64,000 nt of DNA from Smithellaceae bacterium (GTDB lineage: Bacteria; Desulfobacterota; Syntrophia; Syntrophales; Smithellaceae). Location: the NCBI GenBank assembly GCA_963667845.2, contig CAXXVL010000002.1, forward strand, positions 2,048,001 to 2,112,000, given 5' to 3'. Below the pieces are notes generated by a model. The model was not told the origin of the DNA and did not search any database. It worked only from the letters and a program-made list of their open reading frames with translations. Below, one piece after another: positions 19,460 to 28,668 of this stretch. A program made the translations under genes and the position numbers. Position 1 is the first letter of the stretch. Each line of letters begins with the position of its first letter.

Positions 19460-20485
19460 TCAGAAGTGAAAAGAAGGTCCGATGATCAAGACGTCCGTAT
19501 CGCGGTCGTAGTCGGTCAATACGCGATGCCAGATGAGCCGGACGGACCAGCCCGGCGTAAACCGGTAATCCGCCGTCACTGAAAGGATGCCGGCAAAGAC
19601 GGTCCCTTCTTTCCCGGTGAGAAGATCCGCGTACCTGTTTCGCGCAAGGTAAGGACCCAGGCCGAGACCGAGCGTCAGCCTTTCCTCGAAGAAGTGGTTT
19701 ACAGCCCAAACCTGAAGGGCGAGGCCTTCCCGGTGAAAGAGATCGTTATCGCCTTCGTCCAGGTACGCGGCAGACGCCTCCACATGATTTCCAAATCTCC
19801 TGCGGTACTCAAGTTCCCAGGCCGTTGCTTTCTTGGCGTCGGTATTGTTGGCGTCCATGATGCCCATGAGCAGGGAAAGCGAATTCCTCTCCGAAGATTC
19901 TTTCTGCAGGCCCTCAAAAGGACGGGATTCGAAGTCGATGCCCGCGCCCGCGAAGACCGAAATGGTGTCGATGCTGCCGTATGCCGCAATCCAGTTGGTT
20001 CTGGCCTGTATGAAGAAATGATCGCTCAGATAATATCCGAGGGCGGCGCTCACCATTCCTCCCCACCCATGCCGGTTGCTGTAATGTGTCGCGCTCGATC
20101 TGTCCGTTGTATCAAAATAAAAATAAGGTCCGACCCCTCCTTCCAGAAAGAACCGGCCGTTAAACGGTTTTGTCCGGGTCCAGAACTGAAAGGCAGCTCC
20201 GTCGCGGTGATGATCGGAGAAATGCCCCTCGTTCAGATAGGAAACGCTCCAGGCAAAGTTTTTATAAAGAGAATCACGGTATTCGAATTGAATAGCCTCC
20301 GTCTCGTCATACCCGTTCGTATTCCAGATCACTCCCCCGAGGAGCGAAACTTCGTGTCCCCGAACCGGCTGGACGTACGCCAGAATGAAGATCAGGGCCA
20401 GAATGCTCAATCCCCGACGGATTGGACACCCAGACCGGTGTCCGGTCAATTTCGACTTCTCTTTATCATCTTTGCGAGGCGGCAT
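19460..20485 (-). CDS. Putative outer-membrane beta-barrel protein with two homologous halves
   Basis: Signal peptide; alternating beta-strand pattern; SYLNEGH..HRDG vs AYLDEGD..HREG; C-terminal Phe. Confidence 0.65.
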   Translation of the reverse strand: MPPRKDDKEKSKLTGHRSGCPIRRGLSILALIFILAYVQPVRGHEVSLLGGVIWNTNGYDETEAIQFEYRDSLYKNFAWSVSYLNEGHFSDHHRDGAAFQFWTRTKPFNGRFFLEGGVGPYFYFDTTDRSSATHYSNRHGWGGMVSAALGYYLSDHFFIQARTNWIAAYGSIDTISVFAGAGIDFESRPFEGLQKESSERNSLSLLMGIMDANNTDAKKATAWELEYRRRFGNHVEASAAYLDEGDNDLFHREGLALQVWAVNHFFEERLTLGLGLGPYLARNRYADLLTGKEGTVFAGILSVTADYRFTPGWSVRLIWHRVLTDYDRDTDVLIIGPSFHF

Positions 20486-20527
20486 AATCAGTGTCCAAAT
20501 GGTCTACCGGAAAAGGGCCGGAACCAT

Positions 20528-21517
20528 TTACACGCCCGCGCTTTCTGAACGATTTTTTTGCTCCAGCACAACGTCTTTATACCAGAGATCGTGGTTCTGC
20601 TCGGCCCAGACGGCGTCAACCGTTCCCTCCCACATGGCTTCGAATGCTCCTTCCACGCCGGCCGTCCCCATGTAGATGTGTCCGAAAGAAACCGTTACAA
20701 AGAGAACAGCGACTGAAGCGTGAATCACATGCGATACCTGCATGGTCCATCGTGTCTGATCCCAGATAGGGAAATCCAACAGAACTCCGGTGACGCCGAC
20801 GGCGCTCCCGAAGATGAAGATTAACCAGAACCATCCTTTTTCGCCGGCGTTAATTTTCCCGATGTGGGGCGCGGGCCCGTGGCCGATCATGCCGCCCATG
20901 GATTTGAACCAGTCCAGATCGTATTTCTTCGGAATGTTGAAGCGCACCCAGAGGAGAAATTCGGCGATAAAACCAATGAGCAATAGAGGGCCGCAGTAGT
21001 TGTGCAGGACTTTGGCCGCCTGCAGGTATCCGGCGTTGAACCCGTGACCGATTACCGGCATCAGCACGTAGCGGCCCAGCAGCAGGCCCAGGCCGGTGAC
21101 CGCCATGATGATAAACAGGGCCGCGGTAGCCCAGTGAACGAATCGTTCAAAAGATGCAAACCGCAGAATTTTAATCCCGGATCGCGGCTTGGCCAGTTTT
21201 TCCTGTCCGACGATCAGGTAAAAGACGGTCATGCCCGCCAGGGCCAGCACGATAATCCAGGGCGAGATCCGGACCAGGATACCGTTGCGGATTTCGCGCC
21301 AGTTTTCGCCGCTGTTCAGGATCAGGATGGTGTGTCCCTGGGCCGGCGTTGACGTATAGGCGGGAGCGCCCTCCCGGACCACGCGCCAGAAGTTGGCGTG
21401 CGGATTCATGAGATCCGCGCCGATGACCTGGTAGAGCATTGCGCTGCCCAGAATGGAGAGGAGCACTGCGACGACCACCAGACGTCTGATCGGCAGAGGT
21501 TTGCCTGTTGTTGCCAT
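20528..21517 (-). CDS. fdhC: Formate dehydrogenase gamma subunit (cytochrome b)
   Basis: RF...ERFVHW, LHNY, GKINAGEKGWFW, IH..., GHIYMG heme ligands. Confidence 0.92.
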   Translation of the reverse strand: MATTGKPLPIRRLVVVAVLLSILGSAMLYQVIGADLMNPHANFWRVVREGAPAYTSTPAQGHTILILNSGENWREIRNGILVRISPWIIVLALAGMTVFYLIVGQEKLAKPRSGIKILRFASFERFVHWATAALFIIMAVTGLGLLLGRYVLMPVIGHGFNAGYLQAAKVLHNYCGPLLLIGFIAEFLLWVRFNIPKKYDLDWFKSMGGMIGHGPAPHIGKINAGEKGWFWLIFIFGSAVGVTGVLLDFPIWDQTRWTMQVSHVIHASVAVLFVTVSFGHIYMGTAGVEGAFEAMWEGTVDAVWAEQNHDLWYKDVVLEQKNRSESAGV

Positions 21518-21533
21518 AAATGCCTCCTTTTCC

Positions 21534-21722
21534 TCAGCGATCAGACTGAACAAGTCTGAAGCGGTCGATCAGTTCCTGCTGTTGTTTCAGTTCCATAACA
21601 GGGTCCCTTTGACCTTTGTATATGCCGGGTTCATGCATGGTCACACTGCGGGGCTCAGGTGAACATCCGGCGATCCCCGTAAACGCCATCAGCGTTGCCA
21701 TGATCAAGTATTTCAGCTTCAT
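21534..21722 (-). CDS. Small lipoprotein of the fdh operon
   Basis: Lipobox IAGC; YKG.RD motif; overlaps the fdhB stop. Confidence 0.75.
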   Translation of the reverse strand: MKLKYLIMATLMAFTGIAGCSPEPRSVTMHEPGIYKGQRDPVMELKQQQELIDRFRLVQSDR

Positions 21723-22327
21723 GGTTTTTTCCCCTTTTCAGTTTTGAAGTTATAAGCGGTTTCCCATCCCCAGGTCTGAGGCCGGCCGCCGCGTTTGTTG
21801 ACCCGGTCGATGTAAATCTCGGACACGACGTTGCCGTCGCCGGCAAGCAGCGCCTTGGTCGCACACATTTCGGCGCACAGAGGCAGCTTGCCCTCCGCAA
21901 TCCGGTTGCGGCCATATTTCTTGTATTCCTCGACCGACTTGTCTTTGCCGGGTCCGCCGGCGCAGAAGGTGCATTTGTCCATCTTGCCGCGCGCGGCGAA
22001 CAGGTTTTCTTCCGGGAATTGCGGGGCGCCGAACGGGCAGGCGTAAAAGCAATAGCCGCAGCCGATGCACAGATCCTTGTCGTGCAGGACGATGCCGTCG
22101 GGCGTGGTGTAAAAACAATCCACCGGGCAGACGGCTGCACAGGGCGCATCCGTACAGTGCATACAGGCCACGGAGACGGATTTTTCGCCGCTCTCGCCAT
22201 CCTTCAGGGTGACGACATGCCGCCGGTTGATGCCCCACGGCACATCGTTTATATTGTTGCAGGCCGTCACACAGCCGTTGCATTCGATGCATCGCTCGGT
22301 GTCACAAAGAAATTTCATTCTAGCCAT
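21719..22327 (-). CDS. fdhB: Formate dehydrogenase iron-sulfur (beta) subunit
   Basis: Four Cys clusters CIECNGC, CMHCTDAPC, CIGCGYC, CTFC; MARMKFLCD start. Confidence 0.95.
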   Translation of the reverse strand: MARMKFLCDTERCIECNGCVTACNNINDVPWGINRRHVVTLKDGESGEKSVSVACMHCTDAPCAAVCPVDCFYTTPDGIVLHDKDLCIGCGYCFYACPFGAPQFPEENLFAARGKMDKCTFCAGGPGKDKSVEEYKKYGRNRIAEGKLPLCAEMCATKALLAGDGNVVSEIYIDRVNKRGGRPQTWGWETAYNFKTEKGKKP

Positions 22328-22407
22328 GGTTTGTCTCCTTTTCGTACGTCAGGAATTATTTTCCATAGGAATTTAATTCCGCTTTGCACTGATCCCGATA
22401 AACGGGG

Positions 22408-25296
22408 TCACGCAGGGGTTATGCGGCACAGCGTTGCTTTGGTTTCCTGCATCTGGGTGACGGAATCGTAACCATAGGTCGTTGCCGTATTGCAGGCTTC
22501 GCCGCGGACATACGGCGCCGTTCCTTCGGGATAGCGGTCGTAGAGGTCTTTCCCCTCAAACCAGCCGCCGAAATGGAAGGGCGTCCAGACGGTGCCGGGG
22601 CCGACGCGCGGTGTGATCATGGCCCGCACCTTGATTCGCCCGCCTTCGGCGCCTTCCAGCCAGATATACTGCCAGTTAAAAATATTGGCATCGGCCGCGT
22701 CCTTCGGATTGATTTCCGCGAACATCTCCGGCTGCAGTTTGGCCAGCCACGGTTCCGAACGTTCCTCCGCGCCGCCGCCTTCATATTCGGTGAGGCGGCC
22801 GCTGGTAAAGATCAGCGGGTATTTGATGCTGTGATTGACCGACTGAATCGATGCGTACCGCGTGGGCAGCCGCCAGAAAGCCTTGCGGTCAGCGTAGGTC
22901 GGGTACTTCGTAACCAGGTCGAACCGCGGCGTATAGAGCGGTTCCCGGTGCAGTGGAACGGGGTCGGGATAGGTCCAGACGTTGCATCGGGCCCGGCCGT
23001 TGCCGAACGGTGCGCAGCCGTGCTTGATGACGACGCGTTGAATGCCGCCGGAAAGATCGGTCTTCCAGTTTTTGCCTTCCGCTTCCTTTTTCTCCGCATC
23101 CGTCAGATCGTTCCACCAGCCCAACTTTTTCAGAATATCGGCGGTGAATTCGGGATAGCCGTCTTTGATCTCCGAATTTACGGAATAGGCATCCGTGGCG
23201 AGCAGATTCTGGCCGTTGTAGTCTGTTCCCCAGGCGGCCCTGAAAACAAGGCCGCCTTCGGCGACGGGCTTGCTCGGGTCATACAGGATGGGCGTGCCGG
23301 GGTGCTTCATTTCGGGTGTGCCCCAGCAGGGCCACGGCAGTCCGTAGTAGTCGCCTTTGCAGGGGCCGCCCTCGGCCCGCAGGGTGAGGGTATTGAAAGT
23401 GCCCCGGTATTTGGCATGCAGTTTGAGCCGCTCCGGGCTCTGTCCCGTGTAGCCGATCGTCCAGGCGCCGCGGTTGATTTCACGGAGCACGTCCTCGATC
23501 ACCGGCTCGTCCTTGACGACCTTGATGTTTTTGAACATCTGATCTGCGAATCCGAGCTTCTTCGCCAGCTTATAGAGAATGACGTGGTCCGGCAGGGACT
23601 CATAAAGAGGTTCAATGATCTTGTCGCGCCATTGCAGGGCCCGGTTGGACGCCGTGGCGGAGCCTGCGGACTCGTATTGCGTGGAGGTCGGCAGGAGATA
23701 CGTGTCGTTCTTACGATCGCTCATAACCGCCATATGGGTCGGGTACGGATCCGAAATGACCAGCATGTCCAGTTTCTCCAGAGCTTTTTTCATCTGCGTT
23801 CCGCGTGTCTGACTGTTTGCGGCATGCCCCTGGAAGATGACGGCGCGCAGGTTGTCTTTTTGCGACAGATTCTTTTTGTCCTCCATCACGCCGTCGATCC
23901 AGCGCGAAACGGGAATCCCCGGCATGTTCATGGTGTAAGCCATTTTGCCGCCGCCGGCGTCGTATTGCCGGCTCATATCGAAGCGCGCTTTGATCCATTC
24001 GTAATCCACGCCCCAGACTCTGGCCCAGTGCTTCCAGGAGCCTTCGGCAAGGCCGTAGTAGCACGACAGGGTATGGCAGTTGGGCCCCACATCCGTGGCG
24101 CCCTGCACGTTGTCATGGCCGCGGAAAATATTGGCGCCGCCGCCCGCTTTGCCGATATTGCCCAGGGCCAGCTGGAGGATGCAGAAGAGGCGGACCGTAT
24201 GGCTGGCGATATGGTGCTGGGTGACGCCCATGCACCAGACAATGGTGCTCGGCCGATTCATGGCCATTGTTTTGGCGATCTGGAAGACCTGGTCTTCCGG
24301 TATCCCCGTAACGTTTTCGACTTCCTTGGGCGGCCATTTCTGCGCTTCCTTGCGAATGTCATCCATGGCGTAAACCCGCTTGGCGATAAACTCCTTGTCT
24401 TCCCAGCCGTTCTTGAAAACATGCCAGAGCAGTCCGTAAATGAAAGGAATGTCCGTACCGGACCGGATGCGGGCATACTGGTCGGCGTGAGCGGCCGTGC
24501 GGGTGAAACGCGGGTCCACAACGATCATCTTCGAACCCGCCTCTTTGGCGCGGAGAATCTGCTGCATGGCGACCGGATGGGCCTCGGCGGCATTACTGCC
24601 CAGAAACAGCATGGCTTTGCTGTTGCGCATGTCGTTATAGGAATTGGTCATGGCGCCGTACCCCCAGGTGTTGGCCACGCCGTCCACGGTGGTCGAATGA
24701 CAAATGCGTGCCTGGTTGTCGACGTTGTTGGTGCCCCATAAAGCTGCAAATTTACCCTGCAGGTAGGCGCCTTCGTTGCTTGCCTTGGACGAACCGCAAA
24801 AGAAGAGGGCATCGGGACCCGATTCCTGGCGGATCTTCAACAGCTTATCACCTATTTCGTTTATGGCCTGGTCCCAGGAAAGACGTGTCCACTTGCCATC
24901 CACGAGCTTCATGGGGTATTTGACCCGCCGGTGGCCGAAACCGTGGCCTCTTGCCGCCGCACCTTTGGCGCAGTGCGCTCCGAGATTGAAAGGCGACTCG
25001 TAATCCGGTTCCTGGCCTGTCCAGACTCCGTTTTGGATCTCGGCGATAATGCCGCAGCCGACCGAACAGTGGGTGCAGATCGTGCGCCGGTATTCTTTCT
25101 GCTCATCCGGACGGGGGAAGTTTTTCTTTTCCGCTTCGGACGCCTCGCGCACGCAGCCAAGCGGCAGCAGGCTCATTAATGCGCCGCTTCCCAGCGCCAC
25201 ACCGCCCCGAATCAAAAACGTCCTCCGGTTCATGCCGGAAGGAGAAGCGGGTTCGTCGGAAACCCGCTTCAGCCATTTATTTTTGGATGATTTCAT
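22408..25296 (-). CDS. fdhA: Formate dehydrogenase catalytic (alpha) subunit, Mo/W-bisPGD, Tat-exported, Cys ligand
   Basis: Tat motif NRRTFL; CTHCSVGC..C; QARICHS (TGT codon); RGHDNVQG. Alternative GTG start at 25305. Confidence 0.95.
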   Translation of the reverse strand: MKSSKNKWLKRVSDEPASPSGMNRRTFLIRGGVALGSGALMSLLPLGCVREASEAEKKNFPRPDEQKEYRRTICTHCSVGCGIIAEIQNGVWTGQEPDYESPFNLGAHCAKGAAARGHGFGHRRVKYPMKLVDGKWTRLSWDQAINEIGDKLLKIRQESGPDALFFCGSSKASNEGAYLQGKFAALWGTNNVDNQARICHSTTVDGVANTWGYGAMTNSYNDMRNSKAMLFLGSNAAEAHPVAMQQILRAKEAGSKMIVVDPRFTRTAAHADQYARIRSGTDIPFIYGLLWHVFKNGWEDKEFIAKRVYAMDDIRKEAQKWPPKEVENVTGIPEDQVFQIAKTMAMNRPSTIVWCMGVTQHHIASHTVRLFCILQLALGNIGKAGGGANIFRGHDNVQGATDVGPNCHTLSCYYGLAEGSWKHWARVWGVDYEWIKARFDMSRQYDAGGGKMAYTMNMPGIPVSRWIDGVMEDKKNLSQKDNLRAVIFQGHAANSQTRGTQMKKALEKLDMLVISDPYPTHMAVMSDRKNDTYLLPTSTQYESAGSATASNRALQWRDKIIEPLYESLPDHVILYKLAKKLGFADQMFKNIKVVKDEPVIEDVLREINRGAWTIGYTGQSPERLKLHAKYRGTFNTLTLRAEGGPCKGDYYGLPWPCWGTPEMKHPGTPILYDPSKPVAEGGLVFRAAWGTDYNGQNLLATDAYSVNSEIKDGYPEFTADILKKLGWWNDLTDAEKKEAEGKNWKTDLSGGIQRVVIKHGCAPFGNGRARCNVWTYPDPVPLHREPLYTPRFDLVTKYPTYADRKAFWRLPTRYASIQSVNHSIKYPLIFTSGRLTEYEGGGAEERSEPWLAKLQPEMFAEINPKDAADANIFNWQYIWLEGAEGGRIKVRAMITPRVGPGTVWTPFHFGGWFEGKDLYDRYPEGTAPYVRGEACNTATTYGYDSVTQMQETKATLCRITPA

Positions 25297-25329
25297 AAGT
25301 GCCACCCTCCCATGGATTGAATCCGTTTT

Positions 25330-25530
25330 TTATTGACGTGTCGTTTCATAATATTTTTTGATGTGCTCCGTGAGCCGATAGCCCTGATCCGTCACTTTCG
25401 GCCGGGGAGTGGACGGTGTTGCCGTTTGGGCCGTCTTCGGGCTGCCTAAGGCCATCACCAAAGCTGATCCGCCGAGGAGGGCCGCGTGCTTAATGAACGT
25501 CCTTCGGTTGCTTAATAAATTGGTTTTCAT
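25330..25530 (-). CDS. Small Tat-signal accessory protein of the fdh cluster
   Basis: NRRTFIK and GYRLTEHIKKYY motifs. Confidence 0.85.
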   Translation of the reverse strand: MKTNLLSNRRTFIKHAALLGGSALVMALGSPKTAQTATPSTPRPKVTDQGYRLTEHIKKYYETTRQ

Positions 25531-26173
25531 CTTTTCGTTCTCCTTTCGCTATATCGTTTTGACTGGTTGTCGCCAAATCCAGAAATTCATTCTCCGTTTC
25601 CAGAAAGCGCCGGCCGAAGCAGCCGACATGCCGGTAGAAGTCGGAACTTTTGGCCTGCGAAATGTCATCAAACAACCTGGGCATCCAGGATGCGATGTGC
25701 CGCTGAAAGAAAGTCGCTTGATCGGCGAGTCCCACGCCGTTTCGTCTTTGAGAGAGGATCGCCACGATTTCGCAGAGCGCTCCGGCATGATCCTCCGAAT
25801 CGCGACAGCCGGCCTGCCGGACAATGCCGGATTTCATCAAGTCCGATCTTAATGAGGCCAGAGGAGCGGACTGGATTCTTTTGTCCTTATACCAGGAGGC
25901 ATAAGGTACAACTTCACCTGAGCCCAGTCCCACAAAGAGCCGGTTGTATTCTTTTTGAACATCCTCCACACGACAACTCAGGCAGGCTTGCTTGAGGGCC
26001 GCCAATGCATATTCAAGTTTTTCCGGAAGGCCGGCTTCCCATTGCAGCTTCTGCAATATCTCGATGATTATTCCGGCCGGGGGCTCTCTGAGGAGCGATG
26101 CCAGGAGGACATAACCGTCCGGGCGAAGGGCCGCATAAGGATCGAGCCACGGTGTGGTAAAATCACTTTTCAT
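25490..26173 (-). CDS. TorD/DmsD-family molybdoenzyme chaperone
   Basis: EYNRLFVGLG.GEVVPYASWY and SEDHAGALCE; ATG 26173 overlaps the upstream TGA. Confidence 0.88.
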   Translation of the reverse strand: MKSDFTTPWLDPYAALRPDGYVLLASLLREPPAGIIIEILQKLQWEAGLPEKLEYALAALKQACLSCRVEDVQKEYNRLFVGLGSGEVVPYASWYKDKRIQSAPLASLRSDLMKSGIVRQAGCRDSEDHAGALCEIVAILSQRRNGVGLADQATFFQRHIASWMPRLFDDISQAKSSDFYRHVGCFGRRFLETENEFLDLATTSQNDIAKGERKDENQFIKQPKDVH

Positions 26174-28101
26174 CGTACGTGAGATTGATTCCATGTTTTT
26201 ATATCCTCCGACATAAGCGCATCCCGGGTCCGGCAGATGCTGCACATTTGCAGACGGCGTAATTGCTTCTCCGAGGCATACATCCAGTGCCCTGCCAGAT
26301 TTGTCCGGATCCGGCTGACCATGGCTTGCGACGCAAACGGGGTTCCGCACTCAATACAGCGGGCGGCCGGAACTTCATGCAGGACGACGGGGGAGTCCAC
26401 TCGTTCCGGCTCGCAGAGCAGCCGCGGCAGCAGGCGGATGGCTTTCTCCGGGCAAAGGTCTTTGCACAGGCCGCACTGGTGGCAGCGGGATTCAATGAAT
26501 TCAAGCTTTGGAGACCCGCCGTCCGCCCGCAGCGCTTTCGCGGGGCAGGCCTCGACACAGGCCATGCACAGTGTGCAGGCCGGATCGATCACAACGGCGC
26601 CGAAAGGAGATCCTTCCGGTAAGGGCAGGGTGGTTTGTTGCGCATCCAGCCGGTCGCAGAGTTCCTGGGCGGCAAACCGGATCAGGGTCCTCCGGTCGCT
26701 TGCAAAAAGGAGTTCATCGGGTGATAGTCGCGATCCGTCAAGCGAGGTGCTGCCGGGGATTTCCGCCATCGTCGGGGTTTCCGGCTGATCGAGGTCACTC
26801 GAGATCGTAAAGCGGATCCGATCTTCCGGCTGTCCGAGCCCGTGCAGGATGGCGCGGCTAAGCCGGGCCTGCTGCCTCACGGCTTCCGTCATCGCCGGAT
26901 CATTTTCGGGATCACAGGAGACGACGACTTTGCCTGCGCCATAGATCAGCGCCAGAAGCATCATCTCGGCGCCGACGTAGCCGACTTGGTCAACGGTAAA
27001 ATAAATGTTTTGCGTATTGCCGGATTCGTCTGTTGTACAAACCGAGTAGTCGTCCGTTATGATCAGCGACGGGGCTAAGCCATTTCCGGCTGTTTGGTCC
27101 GCGATAGACTGCCTGAGGGCGCTCAACCGTTCTGACTGTGAAGGATGAACCAGACGGACGGCGTCCGTCGGACACACGAGCCCGCAGGCGCCGCAGCCCT
27201 GACAGAGGTGATGATTAAAGATTAATTTCCCCGCGAGCGATTGAATGGCGGAAAGCGGACAAACATCCAGACACCGCTGACAGCTTGTTTTGCGGGAGAC
27301 GTGATGAAGGCACCGGCTCTCCTGGAATGTCGTGAATTGCGGCTTCTGGAATTGACCGCGCATCCGCGGCAACTCGGCCAGAATGTCATCGGGACGTTCC
27401 GGATTCTGTCCGGGAGCATAATACCCGAGCGGCAGGGAGCGCCTTGCATACGAAGTGGCCGGCTGAAGATCGAGAACAAGATCGAAAACGGCTGCTTCGG
27501 TGTCGAGCCATTCGGCCAGGGGTTTGATCTCCCCGTTTGTGGAAGCCATGGCCGAAAAATTTCCAAAAATTCCGCTGATCGACAGGCCCTGCGCCGAGAC
27601 AACAGGAAATCCGTCGGGCCGGGAAACGGAGGTGCCGGACGACTTATCTCCGGTAACCACCGCCGTGCACGTCATGCCCCGGGCAGTGAGATTTTTGCCC
27701 CAGGTGCCCGCCCGTTTCACATCCGTATCCACGATCAGGATGCGTCCGCGGGAGGTCAGGTTGACCGGCAACGTGTCGGTAAGTTCTTCGGCATTTTCTG
27801 CCGGTAGATCACTGCTTTTCGTGCTTTGGGTATCGGAAATGGCCGCTTCGACGGCGCGGTCGCGACGCTCCATCTGGTGAAGCATGTCGGCGGTAACTAC
27901 ACCGTCGAGCGGCTGAAAGGTTCGAGAGTTTCCACTCAAATCGTTGAGGTCATCCCGGTGGTTGAATTCCTCCGAATGGAAATCGATGATGATACCGGAG
28001 GCTGTCCGATACCCGGACGCAGCAGCCGAAGCTTGTCCTTCTGAGAGAGGAACTGCAGGTTTTTCTTCAGATACATTTTCCAATTCATTTTCCCGGTGCA
28101 T
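26170..28101 (-). CDS. Poly-4Fe-4S ferredoxin protein associated with fdh maturation
   Basis: FDLVLDL..GYY; CQRCLDVCP, CQGCGACGLVCP, CTLCMACVEACP, CHQCGLCKDLCP, CIEC...CSIC. Confidence 0.88.
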   Translation of the reverse strand: MHRENELENVSEEKPAVPLSEGQASAAASGYRTASGIIIDFHSEEFNHRDDLNDLSGNSRTFQPLDGVVTADMLHQMERRDRAVEAAISDTQSTKSSDLPAENAEELTDTLPVNLTSRGRILIVDTDVKRAGTWGKNLTARGMTCTAVVTGDKSSGTSVSRPDGFPVVSAQGLSISGIFGNFSAMASTNGEIKPLAEWLDTEAAVFDLVLDLQPATSYARRSLPLGYYAPGQNPERPDDILAELPRMRGQFQKPQFTTFQESRCLHHVSRKTSCQRCLDVCPLSAIQSLAGKLIFNHHLCQGCGACGLVCPTDAVRLVHPSQSERLSALRQSIADQTAGNGLAPSLIITDDYSVCTTDESGNTQNIYFTVDQVGYVGAEMMLLALIYGAGKVVVSCDPENDPAMTEAVRQQARLSRAILHGLGQPEDRIRFTISSDLDQPETPTMAEIPGSTSLDGSRLSPDELLFASDRRTLIRFAAQELCDRLDAQQTTLPLPEGSPFGAVVIDPACTLCMACVEACPAKALRADGGSPKLEFIESRCHQCGLCKDLCPEKAIRLLPRLLCEPERVDSPVVLHEVPAARCIECGTPFASQAMVSRIRTNLAGHWMYASEKQLRRLQMCSICRTRDALMSEDIKTWNQSHVR

Positions 28102-28467
28102 GAGATGATTCCTTGTCCATCGCCGGATGGCCTATGGCAACGTTGAGCTTTCTTTAAGATAATTTTCCTTTAAAATAGGCAACGTAAACAACCAATACAA
28201 TGATCATTGAGTGTTAGTGTATTAACAGGTCAAACCTACAATATCTTTTATGACATAATGAAGGCCGGTGGATTGTGGGGCAGCGGGTATGGAAATGAAT
28301 AGAATACAAGGATTATTCCGCCTTGACTAAGGATTTGAATCAAGGCTGCGATTCGCTCATCAGCCAGGCCGCGACTGAAAACAATTATCCGAAAACAGCC
28401 GAATAAAACTTGCTTTTTTCCTGATCGTCTTTAAGTTACCTTCAAACATTCGGAAAGGGAAAAAGAA

Positions 28468-28668
28468 ATGAAAAGCATAAAAATTAAAGGAATGAGCTGC
28501 CAGCACTGCGTGATGGCCGTGACCAAGACGCTTAGCGCCATTGACGGTATAAAGAATGTGCAGGTTGATCTGAAAACAGAGACGGCGACATACGAGGAGA
28601 CAAAACCCGTCGATGCAAACGTCGTGGCCGCGGCGGTCAAAAAAGCGGGGTACGACGTTGTCGGATAG
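28468..28668 (+). CDS. copZ: Copper chaperone (HMA domain)
   Basis: GMSCQHC motif; immediately upstream of copA. Confidence 0.92.
   Translation: MKSIKIKGMSCQHCVMAVTKTLSAIDGIKNVQVDLKTETATYEETKPVDANVVAAAVKKAGYDVVG

Noticed and set aside
24695..24715. Selenocysteine in FdhA
   Set aside because: The active-site codon reads TGT (Cys) and the frame has no internal TGA.
22573..24741. 722-aa plus-strand ORF
   Set aside because: Antisense to fdhA with no recognisable motifs; a typical GC-rich codon shadow. The same applies to most long overlapping ORFs in the track.
28177..28195. Sigma54 promoter upstream of the fdh cluster
   Set aside because: GG-to-GC spacing is one base off the strict -24/-12 consensus. 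A CAATGATCATTG palindrome nearby cannot be assigned to a regulator.
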